The translations under genes were made by a program, and so were the position numbers. From a virus, in IMG/VR virus record IMGVR_UViG_3300044675_005263, positions 32,001 through 96,000 of that record: 64,000 bases of DNA. One strand, 5' to 3'. The notes under the pieces are model-generated. The model saw nothing but the letters and a program-made list of their open reading frames with translations, ran no database searches and was not told the origin of the DNA. Positions 48,601-62,487 of the stretch are shown here, piece after piece (within the stretch, counting starts at the first letter, position 1; every line of letters begins with the position of its first letter).

Positions 48601-49438
48601 GCCACCTGCAGAAGAACCTCCAGCTGAAGAACCTCCAGCTGAAGAACCTCCTGCAGAAGAACCTCCAGCTGAAGAACCTCCAGCAGAAGAGCCACCTGCA
48701 GAAGAGCCACCTGCAGAAGAGCCACCTGCAGAAGAACCTCCAGCTGAAGAACCTCCAGCAGAAGAGCCACCTGCAGAAGAACCTCCAGCAGAAACTACAG
48801 AAGAAGAGATTGATGCTGCTGTAGAAGATGTTATTAGTGATGGCAAGTTAAGTGCTGCTGACGCTGAAGAAATTCTTGATGCTCTTAATGCAGATGGAGA
48901 AATTACTAAAGACGAAGTTAACAATCTTTCTGATGCTTTAGCTGCTGATGGAAAATTGACAGAAGCTGAAAAAGACCTTGTCGCAGATGCTCTTATTGAG
49001 TCAGTTGCACCAGGCGAAACTTTGACTAAAGAACAGATCCAAGATGCTGGAATTGAGTATCAAGACCTACCTCCAGAGACTCCTGTCGAGGTACGTCAAG
49101 ACGAGAATGGTAACGAAATTATCATTATCGCTGAGGTAGCAGCAGCGCTAGAATTGATTGCTGATCCAGGCGCATTGGTAGATGCAATATTTACTGACCC
49201 TGCACAAGCGTTACTTGCATTGACAAGTCTTGGTGCAGATATGTCTGAAGAAGAACGTGAAGAAGCAGAGAAAATGGTTTTAGCTACAGTTGTTGTAGGA
49301 CAAGCAGTGGCAGCTGCTGTAGCGGTAGCAGGAACAGCTACAGGCGGTACTGGAGCACCTAGCGGTGGTAGCAGTGGCGGCGGGTCAGGCGGAGGAGCTC
49401 CGTCTGGAGGATCGGCAACGAGAAGGAGAAAGCCATGA
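45629..49438 (+). CDS. large secreted/surface protein: signal peptide, Ala/Thr-rich stalks, PA14 domain, FN3-like domain, (EEPPA)22 linker, hydrophobic C-terminus
   Basis: SADDG.RLYLDG...IN.W and YYENGGGA (PA14); P.N..V....VSWDPP (FN3). Confidence 0.8.
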   Translation: MRPRLRKIKVRIGAKAISYILAVPITSVIYGILNPSAAIAEDATPQDQGGTGNTNAVSSASSEVIPTDTSVEPTQGPLAEASTAVATAESTVTTLETKITQITEVAASISELSPVVTEAIQNATSSVTEADNATQTASSTISAAETAVATSEAANQTLAQATSTVATQTAVVETAQTTLTQASTAVDTQEAVVTQAATTATSAQAEADAANTSTTVTETFANNTTSVVTITTGTTTVTSSTGSTGVSIGGNWNTPQTSGSGLVIISPANNVVIDVNPSNTGTVTQVVMGVYAKNGDTPIITTNTDGTTTTTVMDNNVSPELQSVSYTTTETVTGTNIDTVTIVKDADYYVVDNIVITKTTSDPTLVAAAQSAATTLSTEQATLTTLQTAEATATTALSTAQNTLTTAQTEQSTAQIVAATAETVATTATTTAVALVEPAVIAVAEAVVTVAETQIIVAAAAVETVSNTLQTVVASSDALPLQKPEIVAVVDAAVDAVVEAQEAVEAAQTAMETATTLAQTAPTVEAATEVVADKTEVLAQAQEAVDAQEVVVEAAATTEAAAQAVVDSATSAGLKVEVYDVNGQNNAPTLPANAVPIHTTTDTNGINEQWGSGPVAGSNRSEDVIVKYTGNWTPQTTGTQYLHASADDGTRLYLDGELVINDWYDKGGGGSTADVETTAGVGKVFEFWYYENGGGAAVILMRYTDTGWEVIPGSEFSTTSATSTQLATLSAAETVLTQEQDELEVLDLEEDVAQQNLAGAQQNLVVAEQAVQAMETAVVLAQIAITETVEAISAVQTAQTVVQQEVILQSPIGAPSNIVVTQLSNGDVQVSWDPPTGVITPERYAISWSIGGSGWGVATGNAGDANALNTTIVLSAALFESTGGLDNTYQISVRSDNDSLAKYSDIVATQVFVDDLTPPPPPPPPVEPEPEEPPTIDPPVEPEPEEPPAEEPPAEEPPAEEPPAEEPPAEEPPAEEPPAEEPPAEEPPAEEPPAEEPPAEEPPAEEPPAEEPPAEEPPAEEPPAEEPPAEEPPAEEPPAEEPPAEEPPAEEPPAETTEEEIDAAVEDVISDGKLSAADAEEILDALNADGEITKDEVNNLSDALAADGKLTEAEKDLVADALIESVAPGETLTKEQIQDAGIEYQDLPPETPVEVRQDENGNEIIIIAEVAAALELIADPGALVDAIFTDPAQALLALTSLGADMSEEEREEAEKMVLATVVVGQAVAAAVAVAGTATGGTGAPSGGSSGGGSGGGAPSGGSATRRRKP
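48461..48790 (+). repeat. 15-bp coding tandem repeat x22 (EEPPA)
   Basis: GAAGARCCWCCWGCW units. Confidence 0.95.
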
Positions 49439-49611
49439 AGGACTTCCTAAGAGATGTCATTGATCAGGTCTGGACCTTGCTAGGCATGTTTATTGCTTGG
49501 CTAGTCCTTGATGGATCTGCAAAGACAATCGTGGGCTATGCCATCATTTTTGCGATGGTTGTTTGGTGGGCCACATACCCACTCCGCAACGCTCGTGATG
49601 ATGACGAATAG
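49435..49611 (+). CDS. 58-aa two-TM membrane protein coupled to the surface-protein gene
   Basis: ATGA overlap; QVWTLLGMFIAWLVLDGSAK. Confidence 0.75.
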   Translation: MKDFLRDVIDQVWTLLGMFIAWLVLDGSAKTIVGYAIIFAMVVWWATYPLRNARDDDE

Positions 49612-49685
49612 CCCTACTTGACTTATCCTACTACTTATGTCTAGAATAGACTCTGACACATGCCAGAGACATAATTGGAGACATA

Positions 49686-50144
49686 ATGAACGCAGAGCTT
49701 GTACAAGAGTATAAAGCAAAGATCGAACCAATCCTACCTTTGGCCAAAAAAGCTTTTGGCTCAAGAGAGCAAAAAACCCCCGCTCACGATGCAAGTCGTG
49801 AGTATACGAGACTGTTAATTGAGTTTCACAAGCGTGGCGGAAGCCTTCCAAAGCTAGCAAAAGAACTTAAGGTTGCTTACGCTGGAGTGCGCCGTCGTGT
49901 TGTAATGGATGATGTTGCTGTATCACGAGAGAAGACTTCTATTCGTTTGACACCAGAACAAGTTCAAGAAGCAGCTAAACGTGTAGTAAACGCAAAAAAT
50001 GAAAGCGTAGATGCTTATCACGATCAATTAGCTAAGGAATACCAATCTGGTATTTCTCTCTCAAATCTTGCAAAAGCAATGGGCTTAAGTTCCGCAGCAC
50101 CTCTATACTATGGAGTACAAAGAAGTCTTCAGCGCATAGGTTAG
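49686..50144 (+). CDS. tandem HTH DNA-binding protein
   Basis: G.SL..LAKEL.VAY and G.SL.NLAK.MG repeats. Confidence 0.7.
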   Translation: MNAELVQEYKAKIEPILPLAKKAFGSREQKTPAHDASREYTRLLIEFHKRGGSLPKLAKELKVAYAGVRRRVVMDDVAVSREKTSIRLTPEQVQEAAKRVVNAKNESVDAYHDQLAKEYQSGISLSNLAKAMGLSSAAPLYYGVQRSLQRIG

Positions 50145-50150
50145 GTAGTA

Positions 50151-51560
50151 ATGGCTAAAAGCATGATGGAGCACATTGCTCTTCTTCCAGAAGAAGAACG
50201 CAATGCAATTTTGGCTGATCTTGATATGGAACACGTTAAGTGGGACTGGCGTATGTGGGGTCGACCAGAACAGATTGCTCCTGAAGGCGATTGGAATATT
50301 TGGATTTATCTTGCAGGACGTGGAGCGGGTAAGACCCGCTCTGCGTCCGAATGGGTAAGAGAGCAAGCAAGATACACAACAACAGGTCAACGACGTTTTG
50401 CATTAGTTGCTCGTACTGCAGCAGATGTGCGTGACGTTATTGTTGAAGGTGAATCAGGAATTATGAATGTGACGCCACCAAGTGAGCGTCCATTATACGA
50501 ACCATCAAAGCGCCGACTAACTTGGCCTAATGGGAATACCGCAACATGTTTTACCGCAGATGAACCAGACTCACTTCGTGGTCCGCAGTTCACTCATGCT
50601 TGGGGCGACGAGATTGCAGCATGGAGACAAACTCCAGATGCTGCTGGTATGACTGCTTTTGATAACTTGCGTGTTGGTACTCGTCTTGGAGCATCTCCAC
50701 AGATTATGGTCACTACAACACCAAAGCGTGTTCCACTTTTGTACTCACTTATGTCAGAAGCAGAAAAAACTGGCAAGGTTGTAATTAGTCGTGGTAGCAC
50801 AATGGATAACGCTGGAAACCTTAGCTCAACATATCTTGACACAATTACTGGCGTATATGCTGGAACTAGACTTGCTGCTCAGGAACTTTACGGCGAAATG
50901 CTTTCAGATGTTGAAGGTGCTTTGTGGACTATTGAAATGATCGAAGCATCACGGCACGGAGTCCTTCCACCGCAAGCACCGTTGCGTGTTATCGGTGTTG
51001 ACCCGTCTGTTGCAGAAAATCCACGAGATGAATGTGGAATTGTAGTTTGTGCTTCTACTGCAGATAGAGATCTTTATAAGCGTCACGCTTGGGTACTTGA
51101 AGACGCATCTGTTTTAGGTTCACCTGAAGTTTGGGCTAATAAAGTTGTTGAGATGGCTAGACGTTGGGGTTGTCCAGTAGTAGCTGAAGTAAATCAAGGT
51201 GGAGCGCTAGTTCGTCAAGCGATTAATGCTATTGATCCAAATGTTAAAGTTTTAGAAGTCCATTCGAAGTATGGTAAGGCACTTCGTGCTGAGCCTACGG
51301 TTCTTGCATATGAGCAAGGTCGTGTTCATCACATTGGCTACTTAGCTGATCTTGAGTCGCAAATGACAGCGTGGATTCCAGGAGATTCAAAATCTCCAGA
51401 CCGTGTAGATGCACTAGTACATGCACTCACCGCATTAATGATTAAACCACCTGAAGGTTTTACTGGTGGCCGCATTACCGCAAAGTCTCCATCCGCAAGA
51501 AGACTTCCACCGTTTAGAGGTGGCGGAGGTGGAGCTAGGGTGTTTAGTCCTAAAGGCTAG
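50151..51560 (+). CDS. terL: terminase large subunit
   Basis: AGRGAGKT Walker A, LRGPQF...WGDE, TTTP, GVDP nuclease motif, SPDRVDA. Confidence 0.95.
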   Translation: MAKSMMEHIALLPEEERNAILADLDMEHVKWDWRMWGRPEQIAPEGDWNIWIYLAGRGAGKTRSASEWVREQARYTTTGQRRFALVARTAADVRDVIVEGESGIMNVTPPSERPLYEPSKRRLTWPNGNTATCFTADEPDSLRGPQFTHAWGDEIAAWRQTPDAAGMTAFDNLRVGTRLGASPQIMVTTTPKRVPLLYSLMSEAEKTGKVVISRGSTMDNAGNLSSTYLDTITGVYAGTRLAAQELYGEMLSDVEGALWTIEMIEASRHGVLPPQAPLRVIGVDPSVAENPRDECGIVVCASTADRDLYKRHAWVLEDASVLGSPEVWANKVVEMARRWGCPVVAEVNQGGALVRQAINAIDPNVKVLEVHSKYGKALRAEPTVLAYEQGRVHHIGYLADLESQMTAWIPGDSKSPDRVDALVHALTALMIKPPEGFTGGRITAKSPSARRLPPFRGGGGGARVFSPKG

Positions 51561-51961
51561 TTAGATAGTTTTCTTTTAGCTGCAAGCTCTTCAAAGTTTT
51601 TAACTTTTGTATCTCCTAGATATCCCCAAGCATAGCCATCGGCAACAAGAGCTTCGTTAACAGACTTCTCTGCACCATCTAAAAAGATCCAACCAAGAAT
51701 GCGCCCATATTTTTCTGAGCTATCTGGGAGCTCTGTTCTAATAACAACTAGCTCAGCTTTGCTAAGCACATCTTTAAGACGCTGCTTTGACTCAAGACCA
51801 AGAGCTTTTTCCATCTTGTCTTTTGTTCGTGACTCTGGGGTATCAATTCCAGCAAGGCGAACCCTCTGCGAGTAGGAAATGTTAAACCCTAGATCAAGCT
51901 CGACATCAATGGTATCCCCATCAACAACGCCAGTTACTTTCTTTACACGGTATTCATACAT
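51557..51961 (-). CDS. thermonuclease (SNase-like)
   Basis: VVDGDT, RLAGIDTPE, KYGRILG. Confidence 0.92.
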   Translation of the reverse strand: MYEYRVKKVTGVVDGDTIDVELDLGFNISYSQRVRLAGIDTPESRTKDKMEKALGLESKQRLKDVLSKAELVVIRTELPDSSEKYGRILGWIFLDGAEKSVNEALVADGYAWGYLGDTKVKNFEELAAKRKLSN

Positions 51962-51994
51962 ACCATAAAAGATACAGTAACTGGCAAATGGTGA

Positions 51995-54652
51995 TTATCT
52001 AATATATCTAGTTGCTTCCATCCAATTGACGTCTCCATGGATGTTAGTAGGGACTGGTGCTGGAGCTTTATACATTCCATGCACAACTGCCTTAGCACCG
52101 CTTCCTTCAACTCTTAGATTACGCTCACGGAGCTTACGGTCAAATCCAATCTGAGTAAGTGGACGCTCTCCACGATCCTCACTCCAGTTACGATAATGGA
52201 GGAATAGTGCCTTAACTAGGATACTTGTACCCTCAACTTTAACAGTTTCCTCATCTAAGAATAAAGCAATTCGATCCTCATTCTTACGATACATCTCTGC
52301 AGCTTCAGATACGACTTTGCACCAACCAAGACCATCTCTTTGACTAGAGCCAAGAACCTTCATCGCTCCTTCTACTGCCCACGAGAAGATTGCTGGGAGA
52401 CCACCTTCTGGATCGAATAAGTATTCTTTTAAGGTTGGGTCTGAGTGCTCAGGAGTTTTTAACATCGGGATTGGTCGGATACGACGCCACATAGCATCAT
52501 CAGTAATGATTGGTCTGTGGTTAGTTGTAATCCATACTTTAATTTGAGACTTAAATGTAAATGGCTTTTCTCCTGGAGAACGAGCAGTAATTTCTTCTGA
52601 ACCAGTTAGTTTCTTAACCGAGTTCTCTTTTAACCGTTCGTTGTCTGGAAGCTCATCTACCCAAGCTAATCTGCGTCCACGCATTTCAGCCCAGTGGTAA
52701 AGATCTGTATTGTGATTAGAGCCACCATCTGCTGCTAGAACTCCAGAGTCCATAGCGTATGCATACTGACTACTACCCAAACACTTAACAATAGACTCGA
52801 CAAGAGTGTTTTTACCAGAACCTGCAGGACCGTAAACTAAAAACATTAAGTCATATTGATTGTGACCTGTCATTGAATATCCAGCAGCACGCTGGAGCCA
52901 ATCCTGAAACTCTTTATCTCCATCTGTAGCAAAGTCTAAAAATTGTTGCCAACGCATATTAGTTAAGCCACGAGTATATGCAACAGGTGCACGCTTTGTT
53001 ATATAAAGATCTGGACGACCCTTAAGCAACTCTCCAGTACGAAGATCAACAACACCATTAAGAGTTCCAATTAAATTAGGATCGGCATCCCACTTCTCAA
53101 CATCTACACGAATTCGTGGATCTGAGTTTGCATTCTTGACAGCAGCTTTTAGTCTTGCTTCAGACTTTGCTTGAGCAGCCCACGCAATTACTTGAGTTTG
53201 ATCTTCTGGCTTATAGCGACCAGTCTCTGTTGCAACTAATGCACCAAGTTTTTTAGCAGTCTCTTGCATATGCAGTTCTTCTGCATCTGGCTTCCAGTAA
53301 CCATTGCTCCACACAAACCAACCAAGGCTAGGTGTGTAGCGAAGTGCTTGACCAAATGAGTCAATTAAACGACGACCGTTACCAGTGTCGGATAGCGAAC
53401 GACCCTTCCAATCAGGTCCTCTATCTTCTTCATTAATTGCATCTTGATCGAATACAGCTCCCATATTACGATTAGATGATGCTTCTTCTAAAGACATTCC
53501 ATCTTTGATTGATTCAGAAACCTTACCGCCAATAGTTCCCGGCAAATTATAAGTATCGCTATCAGAAGAATAAACATCAATATTATGCTTTGGTCCTGGA
53601 TATACAACTCCAGTAAGTGCAGTCAGTCCAGTATTTTCAGAAGAGTTCTTCTCTCTTTCAGTATTTTCAACCATAAGACGTGCATGGTCCGAAGCACCAG
53701 GCCAAATCTTATCAATCATGGGGTGCTTTATAACAAAATCAATAGCTCGCTCGGTGTGCATGATGACAGAGTTCTTTCCATCTAATGGCATCGGTGGACG
53801 AACCTTTTCGCCATTGAAACGAATCATAAATGAAATAAGAGCTTCACGACCTACTGGTGTATGTACTGGAAACTTATTAGCAAGGGAGCAAGCAAGTTGA
53901 AAAAGCTTTACAGCTCTTTCACCTTCATCTATACCCGAGTTAAGAATCCCATCTACATCTACTCCTTGACTCACTGAATCTTCTAAAAGCGAATCCCAGT
54001 CTGCAGTTTGGTATTTGTTGCTACCAGAAACTTTTCTATTTTTTCTAATAGGTATAAGTAGTTCTTCTGGTGCCTCTGCCATGGGAATTGCCCAAGGTTC
54101 TTTACCTTCTACCCATTCATATGTAATCCCAGAAAAGTGACGTGATGGAGATATAAGAACATATCCGTTATGTTTTACGTCAATACCTTTAAATCCAAGA
54201 GAAGACAGATTTCCAATTAAAGATTCACCTTCATCACATTTGTAAAACAAATGACGACCACGAATTATTTTCCCACCAATTTCATATTGACCTGTAGTTG
54301 CCTCAACTGTTGGAGGAAGCGCACCATCTACATATGCTTCAAATTTGTCATATGCAGTATCTCCACCAGAACGTGGATCAATATCAATTACAAGAAAACC
54401 AGAAGCTTTACAATTTACGCCAACATTGTATTCAGCATTTGTTTCCCACCAAGTATGTACTTTTGCTATGTCAGAACTTGATTCAACATTCCAAGCATTA
54501 ATAGCTGGGTGTTTTCCAATATCTTTGGATTCCATGTGAGACTGACCGCATGTACAGCGACCATCAACAATGCCGTGACAAGGAAGAATTTCCCAACCAT
54601 TTGCTGCATACCATGCAGTTGCCTTCTTAAATCTATCGGCGTTTGTTGTCAC
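51995..54652 (-). CDS. bifunctional primase-polymerase + SF3 (D5/P4-like) helicase
   Basis: GKHP, DID, GRH.F N-terminal Prim-Pol; D5_N; GPAGSGK, WVDE, TTNH.P. Confidence 0.93.
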   Translation of the reverse strand: MTTNADRFKKATAWYAANGWEILPCHGIVDGRCTCGQSHMESKDIGKHPAINAWNVESSSDIAKVHTWWETNAEYNVGVNCKASGFLVIDIDPRSGGDTAYDKFEAYVDGALPPTVEATTGQYEIGGKIIRGRHLFYKCDEGESLIGNLSSLGFKGIDVKHNGYVLISPSRHFSGITYEWVEGKEPWAIPMAEAPEELLIPIRKNRKVSGSNKYQTADWDSLLEDSVSQGVDVDGILNSGIDEGERAVKLFQLACSLANKFPVHTPVGREALISFMIRFNGEKVRPPMPLDGKNSVIMHTERAIDFVIKHPMIDKIWPGASDHARLMVENTEREKNSSENTGLTALTGVVYPGPKHNIDVYSSDSDTYNLPGTIGGKVSESIKDGMSLEEASSNRNMGAVFDQDAINEEDRGPDWKGRSLSDTGNGRRLIDSFGQALRYTPSLGWFVWSNGYWKPDAEELHMQETAKKLGALVATETGRYKPEDQTQVIAWAAQAKSEARLKAAVKNANSDPRIRVDVEKWDADPNLIGTLNGVVDLRTGELLKGRPDLYITKRAPVAYTRGLTNMRWQQFLDFATDGDKEFQDWLQRAAGYSMTGHNQYDLMFLVYGPAGSGKNTLVESIVKCLGSSQYAYAMDSGVLAADGGSNHNTDLYHWAEMRGRRLAWVDELPDNERLKENSVKKLTGSEEITARSPGEKPFTFKSQIKVWITTNHRPIITDDAMWRRIRPIPMLKTPEHSDPTLKEYLFDPEGGLPAIFSWAVEGAMKVLGSSQRDGLGWCKVVSEAAEMYRKNEDRIALFLDEETVKVEGTSILVKALFLHYRNWSEDRGERPLTQIGFDRKLRERNLRVEGSGAKAVVHGMYKAPAPVPTNIHGDVNWMEATRYIR

Positions 54653-54849
54653 TAACTGATCCTTTCCCTTGGTCTATGGCGTCACCTTATCAATAGAACC
54701 ACAATAGGTAAAGGACCCAAGGTCTAGGATTTTCTGGCGTAAGAATAAGTATACATCAGACCCAAAGAAAAACCTATGTAGGCTCAAAAGCAGTTATACT
54801 ATATCTACTATACCCTTCTATATAGTCTTCTTAGGTCTGGAGAGATTCC

Positions 54850-55185
54850 GTGTCTGATATGTCTGTGCTTACTACTATCATGTTAGTTATTGGAACTGTC
54901 ACGGCAGTAGGCGCTTTTATGTTCAGCATCTATAAAATTGCTAAGAGGGTAGATCAAGCAATTGGCGTAGATGCTCAAGGAAAAACCCTTTCTGAGCGTA
55001 TGTCAAGAGTAGAGCACCAGCTTTGGGAAAATGGTGGCGGATCGCTTAAAGATCAGGTAAATGATGTACAGAAATGTCAGACAGAGATGAATGCCAAAAT
55101 GGGTGTAATTGAGGGATTGCTTTTAGCAATGGTTGAGCCTAAGCCAAAAAGGTCTCGTAAAGCAAATTTAAATATCGTAGAGTAA
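54850..55185 (+). CDS. membrane-anchored coiled-coil protein
   Basis: N-terminal TM, NGG.SLKD motif. Confidence 0.7.
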   Translation: MSDMSVLTTIMLVIGTVTAVGAFMFSIYKIAKRVDQAIGVDAQGKTLSERMSRVEHQLWENGGGSLKDQVNDVQKCQTEMNAKMGVIEGLLLAMVEPKPKRSRKANLNIVE

Positions 55186-55341
55186 AACAATACTTTTTTA
55201 AAGCACTTTTATTTTAAGTGCGACACGCCAACTTCCCATAGTCAAACTCTAAAAGTAGTGGTAATGTTATCTGCTATCTAACCTGTCGAGTTATCTTTTA
55301 CTTTAGGGTTAGTACAAACTCTACTTTATAGGAGATAAATA

Positions 55342-55632
55342 GTGAGTCTAGCGGAGAAGTTAAAAGAAGCAACTAGGTCCTCACCAGGGCTCCCTTGCGG
55401 TATAGCAAAGCTTATGGCTTCTGTAAATGAAGAAGACAGAGAAGCTTTAGAAATTGTATTTTCCACTAAGTCAGTTAAAGGGACTATCTCCAATGTCCAG
55501 CTCCATGAGCTTCTTTTAGGTGAAGGGCATGACATTGCTTTTGCTTCAATAAGACTTCACAGAGGGCAGAGATGTCGTTGTTATATAGGTCAAGAAGCTC
55601 GCCAAGCGGCTGAAGCTAAGGCCAAGAAATGA
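55342..55632 (+). CDS. small protein with C..H...CxC motif
   Basis: coupled to phosphoesterase gene. Confidence 0.7.
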   Translation: MSLAEKLKEATRSSPGLPCGIAKLMASVNEEDREALEIVFSTKSVKGTISNVQLHELLLGEGHDIAFASIRLHRGQRCRCYIGQEARQAAEAKAKK

Positions 55633-56867
55633 CGCAGAAAAAACAACCAGTAGAAGATCCAAAAGCCTCTCTTACACAAAAATTAGTAGACCTTGTTAGC
55701 CCTGGCGCAACAGGCTCAGACCGAAAGATAACCAAGACCCCAGAGAACTGGACCCCTAATTTAGAGATGACTCCAGATGGAGGAATCTTAACTTCCAATG
55801 CAAAGCCAGTAAATAATATGCCAGAGGCTAGAGACCTCCTAATTGAGTTTGGGCTTAACCCAGATGAGTGGCATGTAACCAATCTAGGTATGTCTAGATG
55901 GCAAAGATATGATGGAGAGCTTTTAGAGTCAAAACGACTTAAGCTTGTGCCACTAGCAGCCCTTGCTGAAGACAGAGCAGATATAGAACTTTTATGTAAG
56001 GAACTGTCTAAGTGGAAGCCACAAAAACTTACAGAGTCAATTACAGGTCCTCTTGCTTATCTTGTAGTCGTGAGCGATCAGCAGATAGGTAAAAAGGTAG
56101 GAGACTCTGGGACAGACGACATTGTTCAAAGAATCTTAGATACAACATCAGAAGCAGTTCAAAGACTTAAAGATCTACGCAAAATTGGCAGACAGATAGG
56201 AACTATTGTCCTTGCCTTGCCCGGCGATCACGTTGAAGGAAACGTATCTCAGAACGGACGACTACAGGGTCAAGCAGCCTCTGACTTAGGAATCACAGAA
56301 CAGGTGCGAGTTGCACGAAGAGTCCTTCTTGCTCAGATTAAGGCTTTTGCCCCTCTATGCGAAGAACTCATTGTCCCAGTGGTAAATGGAAACCATGATG
56401 AGTCAACTCGTCAGGTGGCAGCCGACCCAGCTGATGGCTGGAACACTGAGATTGCCAGCGCAGTTCAAGACATTTGTGCAGAGGTAGAAAGCCTTTCCCA
56501 CGTTAAATTTAGATATCCTGCTAAGGGAAATCAGAATCTATCTATCAATATCAATGGTGTAATGCTTGGACTATTCCATGGACATCAGATGGGTGGAGTT
56601 AACCCAATCAAATATCTAGAAGGTCAATCTTTAGGTATGACTGATTTAGGCCAGTGCGATGTATGGGTTTCTGGTCACTTCCACCATTATCGTGCTATGG
56701 ATATTGGTCACCGTTTTTGGGTACAAGCACCTACCTTAGACGGAGGATCTAACTGGTTTAGAGATAAAAAAGGTTTAGATTCGCATCCAGGCTTACTTAC
56801 AATGGTTATTGGAAAGAATTATGACCCTCGAAAAGACCTTAGTATTATCCGTACCTACCGAGTCTAA
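55629..56867 (+). CDS. calcineurin-like metallophosphoesterase (Mre11-like nuclease family)
   Basis: SD.Q.GK, GD.VEG, GNHD, HGH, GHFHH. Confidence 0.85.
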   Translation: MTQKKQPVEDPKASLTQKLVDLVSPGATGSDRKITKTPENWTPNLEMTPDGGILTSNAKPVNNMPEARDLLIEFGLNPDEWHVTNLGMSRWQRYDGELLESKRLKLVPLAALAEDRADIELLCKELSKWKPQKLTESITGPLAYLVVVSDQQIGKKVGDSGTDDIVQRILDTTSEAVQRLKDLRKIGRQIGTIVLALPGDHVEGNVSQNGRLQGQAASDLGITEQVRVARRVLLAQIKAFAPLCEELIVPVVNGNHDESTRQVAADPADGWNTEIASAVQDICAEVESLSHVKFRYPAKGNQNLSININGVMLGLFHGHQMGGVNPIKYLEGQSLGMTDLGQCDVWVSGHFHHYRAMDIGHRFWVQAPTLDGGSNWFRDKKGLDSHPGLLTMVIGKNYDPRKDLSIIRTYRV

Positions 56868-56966
56868 ACACGGTATTCTAAAGGTCAATGTTTTAAAACT
56901 ACCGTAAAATAAGACTTGGTCCAAATAGGTGTTACCAGTGCACCTTTTTCACTCAAGTTTTGATGA

Positions 56967-61742
<4,776 letters not shown>

Positions 61743-61775
61743 TGAGAACTAATATAAAAGAAGGAGGTAACTAAC

Positions 61776-62477
61776 ATGCCAGCTATTGACTTCCCAAGCG
61801 GCCCAACATTAAATCAAGAATATACAAACGGCACTCAAACATATCGTTGGAACGGTACCTCTTGGCGTTTAGTTCGCACTAGCGCAGTAGGACCAACAGG
61901 TCCAACAGGACCAGCTGGTCTTGACTCAACTGCTATTGGTGCTACTGGACCTACAGGTCCTACAGGTCCTGCTGTAACTGGACCGACGGGTGCAGCAAGC
62001 ACAGTAACAGGTCCAACAGGTGCAACAGGTGCAACTGGAAGTTTTGCATTTGCAGCTTGGCAAGCATACACTCCAACTTTATTTGGAAGCGTAACAAATC
62101 CAACTATTGGAAATGGAAGTGTTTCAGGAAGATACGTTACTTTAGGTAGAACTGTTGTAGGTGAAATCCGTATTATTGCTGGAACTGTAGGATTTAATAG
62201 AGGCTCAGGTACATACTCTGTATCTCTTCCTATAGCTGGTGTTATTGAAAACTATCAACCAGTAGGTCAAGTAGTTATGAGAGATGAAGGTCCAGGTATT
62301 ACATACTTTGGAACTGCAATATTTAACAACAACCTTAATACAAGAGTAGAACTCTATATGCATTCTCAGAGCGCAACCTTCGTTGAAGGTGCTGCAGTTA
62401 CAGAGAGCAGTCCATTTTTGTTTGCTGCAAACGATAAAATTTTAATTCAAATTACATACGAAGCTGTAGCGGAATAG
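61776..62477 (+). CDS. short collagen-like fibre protein
   Basis: MPAIDFP..P N-terminus, GPT repeats, beta-rich tip. Confidence 0.8.
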   Translation: MPAIDFPSGPTLNQEYTNGTQTYRWNGTSWRLVRTSAVGPTGPTGPAGLDSTAIGATGPTGPTGPAVTGPTGAASTVTGPTGATGATGSFAFAAWQAYTPTLFGSVTNPTIGNGSVSGRYVTLGRTVVGEIRIIAGTVGFNRGSGTYSVSLPIAGVIENYQPVGQVVMRDEGPGITYFGTAIFNNNLNTRVELYMHSQSATFVEGAAVTESSPFLFAANDKILIQITYEAVAE

Positions 62478-62487
62478 GTGACTAAAT

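Noticed and set aside
48355-48924. antisense and alternate-frame ORFs over the EEPPA repeat
   Set aside because: by-products of a stop-free tandem repeat
28478-51560. inteins or introns in nrdJ and terL
   Set aside because: both are uninterrupted, of normal length and without splice-junction motifs
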